Assembly: GCF_018977255.1 (NCBI RefSeq)
Contig: NW_024704771.1
Coordinates: 2,108,001 to 2,172,000 of the forward strand
Length of the DNA stretch: 64,000 nucleotides
Source of the DNA: Callorhinchus milii
Taxonomy: Eukaryota
Direction: 5' to 3'
The translations under genes were made by a program, and so were the position numbers. The notes beneath the pieces are model-generated. The model made no database searches. It was given only the letters and a program-made list of their open reading frames with translations, and was not told the origin of the DNA. Positions 11,286 through 22,200 of this stretch are shown in pieces. The first letter of the stretch is position 1; the number at the start of each line of letters is the position of its first letter.

Positions 11286-11620
11286 CGCTCTGGCCTCTGA
11301 GTCTGAAGATTGTGGGTTCAATCCCCACGTCGGGGATTTTAAGATCAGTGACTCCAGTGCGGTCCAATACGTTGGCACATCATCCCGACGTGAAAGGCAC
11401 TATACAAATGTAATCTTGTTGTTGTTGTTGCAGTCCTGGGGGAAGCTCTGCATTGTCAGAGTTGCCCTCCTTTAGATGGAGTGGACATGAAAGATCCCAC
11501 GGTTCAAAGAGGGGAAGCGAGTTTCTCCCAGTGTTCTGGCCAACAATCCCCCAAATAAGATTGGTCATTTCCTTCATGGCTGTTTGTGTGCAATCAAGTG
11601 CTTTGGGATAACCTCCTGAC
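11261..11620 (+). mobile_element. tRNA-derived SINE, second family (SacSINE1/DeuSINE-like), overlapping the TRIM-A stop codon
   Basis: Head tggctcagtcagtagcgctctggcctctgagtctgaagattgtgggttcaatccccac (A and B boxes). Interrupted by a short L2 tail at about 11370-11428. Orthologous copy at 16875-16975 (minus); other copies at about 2330-2760, 7600-7930, 18650-19080. The family name is recalled, not searched. Confidence 0.75.
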
Positions 11621-12501
11621 GTGAAAGCTCTTTATAAGTGTAAATTGTATGACAGGAATAATAATAAAAATCCGTACATTTGGAAAAGCAGCTTTCACTT
11701 TGGGATGACATCCCAGGATACACTGCAAGGTGCAGTGACTGTGTGTTTTATGGGTGAGCAAAACACATTGTATCATATTACTCTTAATGTAAAATCGTGT
11801 GAAGTTTTTTGAGACGTTTCGATGATGTGATTTAGCCCGAAATCAAAAACAGGGATTATTATGGTCTGGGCGGGAACTTCGCATATACTTGATGTATCCG
11901 GGGGTGAAGTGGTTAAATTTTACAGGCCGCTTATCTGGAACATGGGAAATTTGGGTGGGTGTCAATCTGCCGAGCTTGGCAGCGTGATCTTGTCAGAAGT
12001 TTTCACCTTTACTTGACAATGGCATTGAGAGTAAAGTGATATGTTCAGCAAAGATATGGAAATGTACAAACTGGATACATTTTGGGATAATTGCAAATAA
12101 TTGTAAAGTGGAAATTGCACAAATGTACACTCTCTGCGCATTACATAATTGTGCGAATAAAGAACCGACCGGAGAAATCATATCAATGAATCGCCTAAAT
12201 CACTATGAATGTCACTGATAGTGCTTTTAGCTGCTGCGCCCCGGAAGCTCTGGATCCCTCCCTCAGTCCCTCCGCCCCTTGTCCCCTCCCTCCTCACTTT
12301 CAAATCCCATCTAAAGACCTTACTTTTTGATTGCGCTCACCGTCACCTCCCCCCTCCCTCTCTCCCTGGACTGGGGTCAGACTCCACCGCTGTCAAGCGC
12401 TCCGGAACGCTGCCCCGTGTGAAGGACGCTATATAAATGCAAGTTATTGAATGTAAACTTCAAGTCTAATAAGTGGAGACATTGCTGTGCGGAGGTGGTG
12501 C

Positions 12502-12535
12502 TGCCGCCTTCTGGTGGTGACAAGAGGAACTGCAG
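12502..12535 (-). promoter_or_regulatory. CTCF-like site with upstream module
   Basis: Minus strand CTGCAGTTCC-N5-TCACCACCAGAAGGCGGCA; one mismatch to CCASYAGRKGGCRS. Confidence 0.55.
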
Positions 12536-13215
12536 TGGGTCCCAGGACCACCAAAGCACTCATTCAGTCAGTCATCTAATCCTTTTCCATGTTGTTTAAT
12601 GATTCTTTTGACCTCTCTTTCGTTGCTTCAGGCATCGTCTAAAGGGCTTTATGAACAGTTTGACCATTTGTTTTTACCCTTATTGTAGGTTATCCCTTCA
12701 TCAGTCCTCTATCCCAACAGTATTTCTCTACAATGTCGTTAGTCTCCAATTGTTTGCATTCTTCTGGTGTTGGTGGATACAAAGCGCAGACAGTGGGAAA
12801 GGTAAAATTGAAGCCAAGCAAAGGCAGAACTATGACAGTAGAGCTGAGAGTAGAGATGGTGGAGAAGAACACCTTTTTGATCGTGCCTTTGATGTCTCCG
12901 CTTCCCCCACTGCTCTCCACCCTCACTGACTCCAACCACCAGCTCAGGTCTGGAACTCTCTCTGTCCAGCGCCTTGGGACGTCCTCCTGACGTGAAACGC
13001 GCTTCACAAATGTAATTTTGTTGTTGTTCTCGAATGTTCCTCGCCCTCCCCCAGTGCATGTGCACCTTCCCGAGCCTGGACCCCGGCAGAAAAGCGCACA
13101 AGCGACAGCCGAGTGACAGTTGGAGAAAGACAAAGCGCACACACGCGGGAAGGAGGGGAAGCTCGAGACAGAGACCAGGATCAGCGGGAAAAGTGCACAT
13201 GTGCCGACACCGCGT

Positions 13216-13810
13216 CCTCACCCCGACACACACACCCCTAACCCTCACCCCCTGACACACACCCCTGAACCTCACCCCAACACACACACCCTGACACACA
13301 CACCCGACCCTCACCCCGACACTCACCCCTGAACCTCACCCCAACACACACACCCTGACACACACACCCCTAACCCTCACCCCCTGACACACACACCCGA
13401 CCCTCACCCCGACACTCACCCCCTGACACACACCCCTGACCCTCACCCCCTGACACACACACCCCTAACCCTCACCCCGACACACACACCCCTAACCCTC
13501 ACCCCCTGACACACACACCCGACCCTCACCCCGACACTCACCCCCTGACACACACCCCTGACCCTCACCCCCTGACACACACACCCCTGACCCTCACCCC
13601 CTGACACACACACCCCTAACCCTCACCCCGACACACACCCCTGACCCTCACACCCCTGACCCTCACCCCGACACACACACCCCTGACCCTCACCCCCTGA
13701 CCCTCACCCCCTGACACACACACCCCTGACCCTCACCCCCTGACCCTCACACCCTGACCCTCACCCCGACACACACACCCCTGACCCTCACCCCCTGACC
13801 CTCACCCCCC
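13216..13810. repeat. C-rich minisatellite (cctcacccc(c)tgacacacacacccctaac-type units)
   Basis: Obvious tandem array of variable 10-30-bp units. Confidence 0.9.
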
Positions 13811-14039
13811 GGGGCTCATGGCCACACGGCCGCCGAGTTGGGAATCTCGGTGTTGGTGTAGAAAACCCCTTTGATGTGAAGCTGTTGATAGTCACAGATA
13901 ATAATAATGTATTTAATGTCATTAAATACAATAAGTGATTGAATCTTCAATGAAAGGATTTCCCACTGAATATGTAATGAATATAACAGTATATGTGCCA
14001 TTGCTGTTGACTATAGTGACTTTATACCATATTCTCACC

Positions 14040-14790
14040 AGTTGGGGCGGAGGTGTCAGAGGGACCGTCGCTCGAGCGCTTTTCTGACCTTCGGCGCTTC
14101 TGGAATGTTCCCGCCCTCCCCCCGCGCATGCGCACCTTCCCGAGTCCGGTCCCCGGCGGGAAAGCGCGGGAGCGCGGGACCGAGTGACGGTTGGAGACGG
14201 GACACAGCGCGCACGCGCGGGAAGGCGGGGCCGCGCGAGACGGAGACGGCGGGAACAGTGCGCATGTGCCGACACCGCGTGACAGCGCTTTGGGGGTCAG
14301 GACCCGAGAAGAGCGCGAGAGTTGGTAAGTGAGGAGCGGAGGACCGACCCCGCGCTCCCCCCCCGGACCCCAACACACACACACACACACAGTGACCGCA
14401 CACCGACACCACACACTCCACACACCGGTGGGAGCCGCTGAAGGTGGGAAACTGGGCAGAGAAGAAGCACAAAGGCTGTGACAGGACAGCGGAGCCGTCA
14501 CCGCTCCTCACACAGACTGACACACACAGCGGGAACGGGAGGCAGTGGCTCCGGACACGGCTCTGGGCCTGAGAGCCGCGGTCTGACCACCTGCCACAGG
14601 CGGGAAGTGTGTGAAGGGACACAGTGGCCGCCACACACAGCGGGTCCTGGGGGTCACTGGTTTACCGCACACACCACACAAGTGCGGGAAGGGCGGACAG
14701 TGCTCGAGGAGCGAGTCCCGGCAGCTGCTGTCTTACCTCCCGCAGGAAGAGCTTCACACGAGGAGGAGGAGATGGCGTCGGTTATCTGTG
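14040..14790. promoter_or_regulatory. CpG-island promoter-like region with NRF1-type GCGCATGCGC site and non-coding splice sites
   Basis: Dense CpG; GCGCATGCGC at 14124-14133; GC boxes; plus-strand donor ttg|gtaagt near 14320; minus-strand donors at 14736 and 14038; no coding exon identified. Confidence 0.6.
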
Positions 14791-15999
14791 GTGACGACCG
14801 GATGTCAATAGTGTCAATAGTATTTGAAGATTATTTGGGTTTGAGTAGTAAAAGGAAATATTGTTGAACAGTCAATGGGTATAAATAGGTATCAACAGAA
14901 TTCAACAGAATTGAATACAATTACAGTGGAAGCTGGTTATCAGATGGACCAGTTGGTGGGTGGGGAGGGTAGTTGCTGGTTGGACATTTTGTCCAATATA
15001 AGAGGTGTCCCAGGTTACCCGAACACCATTCCTGCCGAGCGGAGCAGCTCACCGACACCTTATAATAATACCTGATAATGCTGTTTCACTTGAAGCAATG
15101 TTCACTGACCGGTTAACATTAAAACACTCACAGAATTCAGTAAAATATATTTACTTTGTTTGGCTGCCAGTTATACAGTGCAGTCAGTGCTTTCCTGCCC
15201 AGCAGAGGAGCGCTGATGGGGATTCCTCCCTCCCACTGCCATTCCCTTCGGATGGGAAGGAGAACAACTGGCGGAGGCTCCAGGTGATTGACTGTCTGCA
15301 GCCACTTGTGAATGGATGTTCTCCACTCAATCACATGTGGCTCAGCTGTCAGTCAATCACGATTTCCCTCCCGTGTTCTTCCCCGTTGCTCTGCCCCCTC
15401 ACTGATTGACAGCACAACTCCAGTCACTCGTGAATGGCTGGAGACCACTGTCGATCATAATTTCACTACTCCAATCGACATCCGGGAACCCCTCACGGCT
15501 GAAGGTTCGAGAACAGGAAGATCGAGTGAGTACATTCAGCGGTGACCAGCGCATCATTTTACACGGATTAACTGGATTTTCATCTGAATTAACAGGTATA
15601 TTTAAAACAAGAATACAAACAAATCTGCGCCTGTTATTTTATTTTATTTACCAGATGTCCGAGCTTACCCAGGACTGGGCAAAAGCAGATTCCACTGTAA
15701 TATAATTTAAAGGTATCTCTGAAGCTGAAGGAATCGTTAAAAGAGTAAATTTTTGTGAAGCAGGCTGGTTATATAAGATAGTTTGCGAAGGTAGGATACA
15801 AAATAGGTACCTTTAGAAATTATGAATCGTATGCAACAAATCCCGCCTCCACAGGATGGTAGATTGAGAAGAATGTTTCCCGCTGCTTGTCCAGCTCAAG
15901 CAATCTTACCCATGAGGGCTTTGGTTTGCAGCCCCAATGGGGCTTTGCCTGGCACAGTTAACAGGAGATGAATAGGAAGAATGCCCCAGTGCTCCTCCT

Positions 16000-16500
16000 G
16001 CTTGGCTCTGGAACCAGACCACTGAGACAGCCACAGAGGATTAACCTGATACTGATGTTTGGTTTCCAAGCATATCACCTTGGAGTCGGTTCAGCTTCAA
16101 GGAGAATTTGCTTACCTCCCTCTCCCCCATCCTCTGGAGGATCGTAACAGAGGGAGAGAGAGATCCCTGCCTCCGTTAAGCCCACCCTCAAAAAACCTTC
16201 GCTTGACCCAACTCTGTTCTCCAACTACCATCCCATCTTGAACCTTCCTTTTCTCTCTAAGGTCCTGGAAAGAGTCGTTGCTTTCCAGCTTTGTTCTTTC
16301 CTCTCCCGCCATTCTCTGTGTGAACCCCTCCAACCTGGTTTCGGTGCTGCCCACAGCACAGAGACAGTCTTGGTCAAAGTTCCAAACGACATTGTCTCCA
16401 TCTGTGACTGGGGCTCTCTCTGTCTCCTTGTCCTTTTTGATCTCACTGCTGCCTTTGATACTGTCAACCGCTCTTCTTCTGCACTGCATCTCCTCTCAGT
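16000..16500 (+). mobile_element. L2 LINE reverse-transcriptase fragment
   Basis: [17 protein letters not shown]...QPGFGAAHSTETVLVKV...DLTAAFDTV. Confidence 0.8.
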
Positions 16501-16951
16501 TCCGCGACTATCATACTATTTCATTGGTCACCAGCACGCAATTGGCAACAACCCAAAGCCTTACATTAAGTCAGACTCATAATACATTACAACAAAGCAA
16601 TGCACTTTTGGGATGAGCTGGGAGGGTTAGCTGATGGATTTCATATTATTAGCTGTGTAATTTATAACCAGGATACAGCTGTGCCTGCCTCAATCACCCA
16701 GTGTTTATACCTTTGGTCGCGTGCGCTGCCGCTCACAAAAAATGCGGGAATAATTCAGAGAGTGGAACGCCAGGCAAGACAAGATACCGACTGCCCAGAG
16801 TGAGCGCGCGCTACATAAATGAAAGTCGCTGTTGTTGAGCCGACCCATCCAGGCCCCACTAATACCATCACAAATGCACTGGAGCGCAATGAGTGTAAAG
16901 TCCCCAACATGTGGCTTGAACCTACAACCATCAGACTCAGAGGCCAAAGCA

Positions 16952-17520
16952 CTACTGACTGAGCCAGGCTGAGACAGGTTTATCCTGAGACCGGCAGATT
17001 ATCAGAGGCTCAGAATTTTTCCCTACAATATAATACCCAGGATTGAACAGAGGATAAAGTTTCTCAGTGAAAGTGTTAGTGAAAGTATGGAGATGAGACA
17101 TGTCATCAGCGTTGTAAAACGACACCTGACCCCCCTCATAGTCCAGGTAAACTCCAATCTTCCCAGGTATCACTGTCAGAGGCAGGCGGGTGGGAGGTGA
17201 GGCCAAAGCCTCAAAACCCCTGCCCCCGAGCTCCACAGCCCAGACCCCACCCTCTGGTGACCATGTGGTTCGTTGTTTCCTGTTGATAGACTCTCTGGCC
17301 ACTCCAACTGTCCACACATTCTTGTTGACCACCTGCACCTCCCAGTAATGTCTCCCTGATGTGAAGCCCTTAGATCCCAGGACAAAGAGATATTTACTAA
17401 ACCTCTTCGAAGAGTCAGGGAGCTGCTGCGGTTTATCTCCGACTCTCACGCCGGTCAGGTCCTCAGACAGGACGAGGCAGGGATGAGCTGTGTCAGGATC
17501 CAGAGTCAGAGAGGCCGGAG
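16952..17520 (-). CDS. TRIM-B exon 6: intact B30.2 (PRY/SPRY)
   Basis: [13 protein letters not shown]...GRHYWEVQV...[15 protein letters not shown]...LYPLFNP...SAWLSQ*. Confidence 0.92.
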
Positions 17521-18288
17521 CTGAGAGAGAGAAATAACACAGTGAGCGATTGTTGATTGTGGAGAGATTAATATAAACACTGAATAATTTTCCTTTTGCA
17601 AAAGTGGCTGCTGATGGCAGGCCAGCCACCCTGGCTCCTGGGCCGGGCCAATAGAAAGTCATTCACTGTGAAAAAGTGCGTCTGTCTCTGTCCCCGAGTG
17701 TGTGTCTCTCTCTCTTTGTGTGTTTGTGTCTCTGTCGGTGTGTGATTTTCTCTACCTGTGTGTGTGTGTGTCTTTCTGTGTCCCTGTGTGTGTCTCTCTC
17801 TCTATCTGTGTGTGTGTGTGTGTCCGTGTGTCTCTGTCCGTGTGTTTGACTTTCCCTGTCCCTGTGTCTCTCTGTCTGTGTATGAGCTCCTGGAGACCTG
17901 CAGTCAGGACACTGGTGAACATGGTGAGCAATGCTGAAGTTTAGCGGATCTCCAGACCTTCAAATCTAGTGTTGGGTGGAAATGGACCTTTCGGCCCTTT
18001 GCGCCTGCACTGCTGCTAAACATCAGCAGTTATCCCAACCAATACACCCTATCAGGGGTCCCCAAGCCTTGGCTCTTACAAGCCTCTGACTAATAGTTTC
18101 CATTCCAGATACAGGGAAACTTCATTGCGAAGGTGACATACGTTTGCGGAACTCAGTCTGGTTTGGAGACTCTGAAGCGCGGTGATGGGTTTAAACATGT
18201 GATAGACACACGACTGCTGATCAAATCAACTCTGCATCTGCCGCCCAGTGAGGGCTTTACGGTGCGGGATGATGTAGGATCTCCTTAC

Positions 18289-18404
18289 CAAGGCTGGTCA
18301 TGTTGATCATTTCTCTCCACACTGTGAGCTGCAAAAGCCCTTTGGGTATTGCCAAAGTCAGATCTCCTTGTACCACTGATGGCTCAATCCAGACTTCACT
18401 GATG
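18289..18404 (-). CDS. TRIM-B exon 5 (116 nt)
   Basis: ISEVWIEPSVVQGDLTLAIPKGLLQLTVWREMINMTSL|gtaagg. Confidence 0.85.
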
Positions 18405-18490
18405 CTGCAAAGATAACAGATTAACATGAATATCTCGTGGTTACTGCTTTGACATTAATGAGTGAAACAGTTTGTATGAATAGGTCAGAC

Positions 18491-18513
18491 CTGATCTTCC
18501 GAGAAGCTTCCTC
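18491..18513 (-). CDS. TRIM-B exon 4 (23 nt)
   Basis: atttcag|GAGGAAGCTTCTCGGAAGATCAG|gtctga. Confidence 0.85.
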
Positions 18514-19102
18514 CTGAAATGAAACAAAATACAGAGAGGTCAGAGTTCACAGCCAGGTAACCCTCAGTTTGCGGAATAATCTCCACACGGTGGCTCACTC
18601 GGGGAGCTTTACCCAAGATAAGAAGAAGGAGCTTTGCTTTTGGTACAGAGCCTTTCACGTCAGGAGGACGTCTCAAAGCGCTTCATGGGATTTACCACAA
18701 AGTAGGGAATGTGTGTTTTGTAGGTGAATGTAAGGGCTGAGCTGAAATTCACTCTGTTACGTTGTTAGTTTTACAGAGTTGGGAGGTGCACAGCATTGTC
18801 AGGTGTATTTTGGATGAGACATAAACCCGAGGTGCTGTCTGCACCTGTTCAGGTGGATGTTAAAGATCCTAGAAACGATTGGAAATGTGAAGGGATTTTC
18901 TCCCAAATATAGTTGGTCGTTCACTTCAAGGCTGTTTTGGGGACTGTTTTGCTGCGGAAATTGGCTGTTGCATTTGCCTACAAAGTCCAGTCACTACACT
19001 TTACAGTGGATTCTGTGAATCGCTTTTGAGAACTTCTCCAGAAGTCAAAGGTGCCGTATAAAATGCAAGAATTATTATCATATTATAATCTCTGTTTCTT
19101 AC

Positions 19103-19336
19103 CCTCAGAAAGGAGCCCGAGTCGTGTTCATCCATTCGGTTCTGTAACATTGCTAATTCTCGGTCAATAGATTTTAACTGCTCTTCAAACCCTGAGAAAG
19201 CTTCTTCCATTCGCTGTAAAATCTCCTCTTCTCGCTCTCTGAGCTCTCGCATTACACGCTGCTCTGTGTCTTTGAGGCTCTGATACATTTTAACAAACTC
19301 AGCCGTGACGTTGTTCTGCAGACTGCTCGCCTGTTT
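19103..19336 (-). CDS. TRIM-B exon 3 (234 nt)
   Basis: KQASSLQNNVTAEF...DSGSFLR|gtaaga. Confidence 0.9.
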
Positions 19337-19557
19337 CTGTAAAATGAAGCGTCAGATATCACAACGGGCCACAGTAAAGAGAGAAACACGACTGAGAGCC
19401 CAGACATCATACGGTAAAGAGAGAAATACGACTGAGAGCCCAGACATCACACGGTAAAGAGAGAAACACGACTGAGAGCCCGTAGTGGGGATGAATCCCA
19501 CAACTTTCCAACTCGGAGGTGAGACTGTGGGCCGACTCCTATCACACAGCAACTTAC

Positions 19558-19653
19558 TTTCACGGCAGAAATCTTCTCTTTTTGCTCAAATTCAGCTCGA
19601 AGAACAGCGTCTTTTCTCTTCAGAACCAAATTGAAAGATGTTTTCAGTTTTTC
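19558..19653 (-). CDS. TRIM-B exon 2 (96 nt)
   Basis: EKLKTSFNLVLKRKDAVLRAEFEQKEKISAVK|gtaagt. Confidence 0.88.
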
Positions 19654-20000
19654 CTGCAATCAAAGTGGAAATCAACACATCTCTAACTGTATCAGTGTGA
19701 GCAGAGAGAACACGCAGGGGGCAGCCTGTCAGACAGCGCTCCCAATGACCAGTGACGCCGTTTACCTGGTTAAACTTAAGTAGCTATCTCGACATATACT
19801 CTGGGATACCAAAGCCTTAGCTCTTGCCAACTAATGCCTAATATTCTACAGAATTTGTAGCAGGGTGCATCGCTCTGGGGACACACGGCAATATTCAGAT
19901 TCTCTTAAGCTCAGCAATGGGCTTCAGTGTGTTTCAGACACTCGGCTGGTGAAAGAAAGAGAGAACAGCAGTCAAGTTATAGACTGTGTTCCTTGTTTAC

Positions 20001-20418
20001 CTTGTAGATCTCAGCAGCTTTGTCTACCGACATGACGCTGTGCGATTTGTGATTCTGTCTCTCGGGAGAAAAGAAACACATCAAACAGATCAATTTCTTA
20101 TCTGTTTCACCAAACAGCTTCAGCTCTTCCCGATGATCACCACAACAATGTTCCCTTTCTCCCCGTTTCGGATCCAGACAGATTTCTAGCTCTTTCGGAC
20201 AGATTAGCCAGAGGTCGACTGGCTCTCAGCTCCCTTCCCGGACACGCCCGACGACACTCCGGGCAGGAATGAGCCTCCTGCCTCTCCCAACAGCCTGCGA
20301 TACACGAGCGGCAGAAATAGTGGCCGCAAACCAGAGAAACCGGATCGTTGAACAGGTCAAGGCAAACGGGGCAAGTGAGATCCTCTGCTAAGCTCTGGTC
20401 CTGCTCTCTGCCGGCCAT
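20001..20418 (-). CDS. TRIM-B exon 1: RING + B-box, frameshifted
   Basis: MAGREQDQSLAEDLTCPVCLDLF...CGHYFCRSC...CPEC; shifted frame HCCGDHREELKLFGETD...IYK|gtaaac. Confidence 0.9.
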
Positions 20419-20999
20419 GTCCCCCTCCACCGCTCACTCCCACAAACCGCTGTCACTCTCAGGCTTTGGGGCTGTGTCCAGACCCAGAATTCAGCAGAAT
20501 GCTTGTTTGGGAGTTTTGTGGCTGTGATCTTCCCCCTGGGCCTGGATCAGAAGGTAATAATAATAATAGTCATGACATTTCCACAGTGGGAGGGTGTGAG
20601 ACGGGGACAAGAGGAAGCGCCGCCTGTGCGGGGGTTTGTGTTGCTGACACTGACCGGAATGGACAGCAGCAATGGCGGTGCCCGGGAGCCATAATGCACT
20701 GCGCGGATGAAAGCGCTCTATCTCTGCGTGACTCCGCGCACGCGCACTGCCCGTTCCTTTGCCGAGCGCTGCAGTGCCGGAGCAGCGCATGCGTGGAGAT
20801 GCCCAGCGCTTGAGATAGAGGGCTTTCTCTGGCGCGATGCATTGTGGCTCCCAGCCCCCGCCATTGTTACCCACCTGAGCCTCTGTCACTGGCTGCACTT
20901 TGTGTCTGGGACCTTGGGCTGAGCTGCTCCAAGAGGTGGAGGTGCCTTTTGCAACGAAATGTGGGAATCGACTCCACCCTCTTCACAGCGATCCTTCCC

Positions 21000-22200
21000 T
21001 TTCCAGTCCTCTCTCCTCTCTCTCTATCAAACCTTCTCATAATTGTCTTTCCAACAATCAGCGCTGTTCCCAACGCCCCGGATCCCCTCCCTGACCTGAG
21101 CTGCCATCCCCCAAATGCCCCCATCCCTGTCGCACATCCTGCGTTACTCCCGCTCGCTTCTATTTTCCTATCGCCCACACGGCTTCCTCTCCATCCAGGC
21201 CCATCCCACAGCTTCCCTGTGCTCCAGGGAATTCTCCACCGGGCTCATTATGGTACAAGCCGTTGGCTGTCCAGCAGTCACCCTGACAGCCCCATCCCCC
21301 CACTTTCCCTACAAGGTCTGTGGGTCCCAGATCACGGATTTTAATCTCTCAATTCACATTCCCTCTCTTCCTGTTAATTCTCCTCCTTTCCCCCACCACG
21401 CAATCCTTCAAACTCCTCGGCAATCTGTCCCCTCCAAACACCCTACAAAATGTCCGTTCCCTCTCCAGTAAAGCACTTAACATCCATGAACTAATTGTCG
21501 TCAAATACATTGACATCCTCTTCCTCACCAAAAATTGGATCACCGTCCCCCCTCTCCGAAGCCACAACACCCAGTTTCACTTTACATCATACCACATATA
21601 TGTGGATGACACCCAATTCTATCTCTCAGCCTCCACCCTCGATCCCAGGTCTATGATGTCCTGACAGACTGCCTGTTGGACACCAAGTCCTGGAAGAGCG
21701 CCAACTTTCTGCAGTTGATCGTCAGCACGAACAAGGCTCTACTGATTGGCTCACTCCAATGCCTCCACACCTCAGGCACTGACAGCAACATTATCCAAGC
21801 ACACTCCACCTCACCAAGCCAGTCAGGAACTGAGGCACCTTCATCGACTCAACTGTCCTTTCTCCCCCACATCTGTGTCATGACCCGCTCTGACTTACCC
21901 CACCTCCGCAACTTTGCCCGAGTCTACCACTGCCTCACATCTCAGGCGGCCAAAACACTCATACACCTCTTCATTACAATCTGCTAACTCGGTCCTTCCT
22001 AAAACCACTCCCTCCCCACCTCCCTCTTCGGGCCCTCTCATTCCTCCCTCCACTTCCTCCCTCTTCTCTCTGCCCTCCATCACTCCTGATCCCAACACCC
22101 TCTTCAGGTCCAACTCCCTGACTGTCTTGCACCTTGGGACGTTCTCCCGACGTGAAGGATGCAACTGTGCAAATGTAATTTGTTGTTGCTGTTGTTGTCC
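21000..22200 (+). mobile_element. Degenerate L2 LINE fragments (endonuclease, RT, 3' tail)
   Basis: QNVRSLSSKALNIHELIV...IDILFLTKNW; HIYVDDTQFYLS; tail ...gacgtgaaggatgc...(GTT)n. Confidence 0.7.

Larger units (their letters stand above)
16952..20418 (-). pseudogene. TRIM-B: inverted paralog of TRIM-A with a 2-nt frameshift between RING and B-box
   Basis: Exons 20418-20001 (418 nt vs 420 in TRIM-A), 19653-19558, 19336-19103, 18513-18491, 18404-18289, 17520-16952, all AG/GT. Deletion near 20179 gives a RING-only ORF with stop at 20137-20139. The B-box reads LFGETD versus LFCETD. The B30.2 exon is intact. Confidence 0.9.

Noticed and set aside
12676-12800. Peptide LYPPTPEECKQLETNDIVEKYCWDRGLMKG on the minus strand
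   Set aside because: Stop inside the candidate exon in all frames; no recognisable family.
13216-13810. CRISPR-like or telomeric array
   Set aside because: Eukaryotic minisatellite with no unique spacers and no pure (TTAGGG)n.
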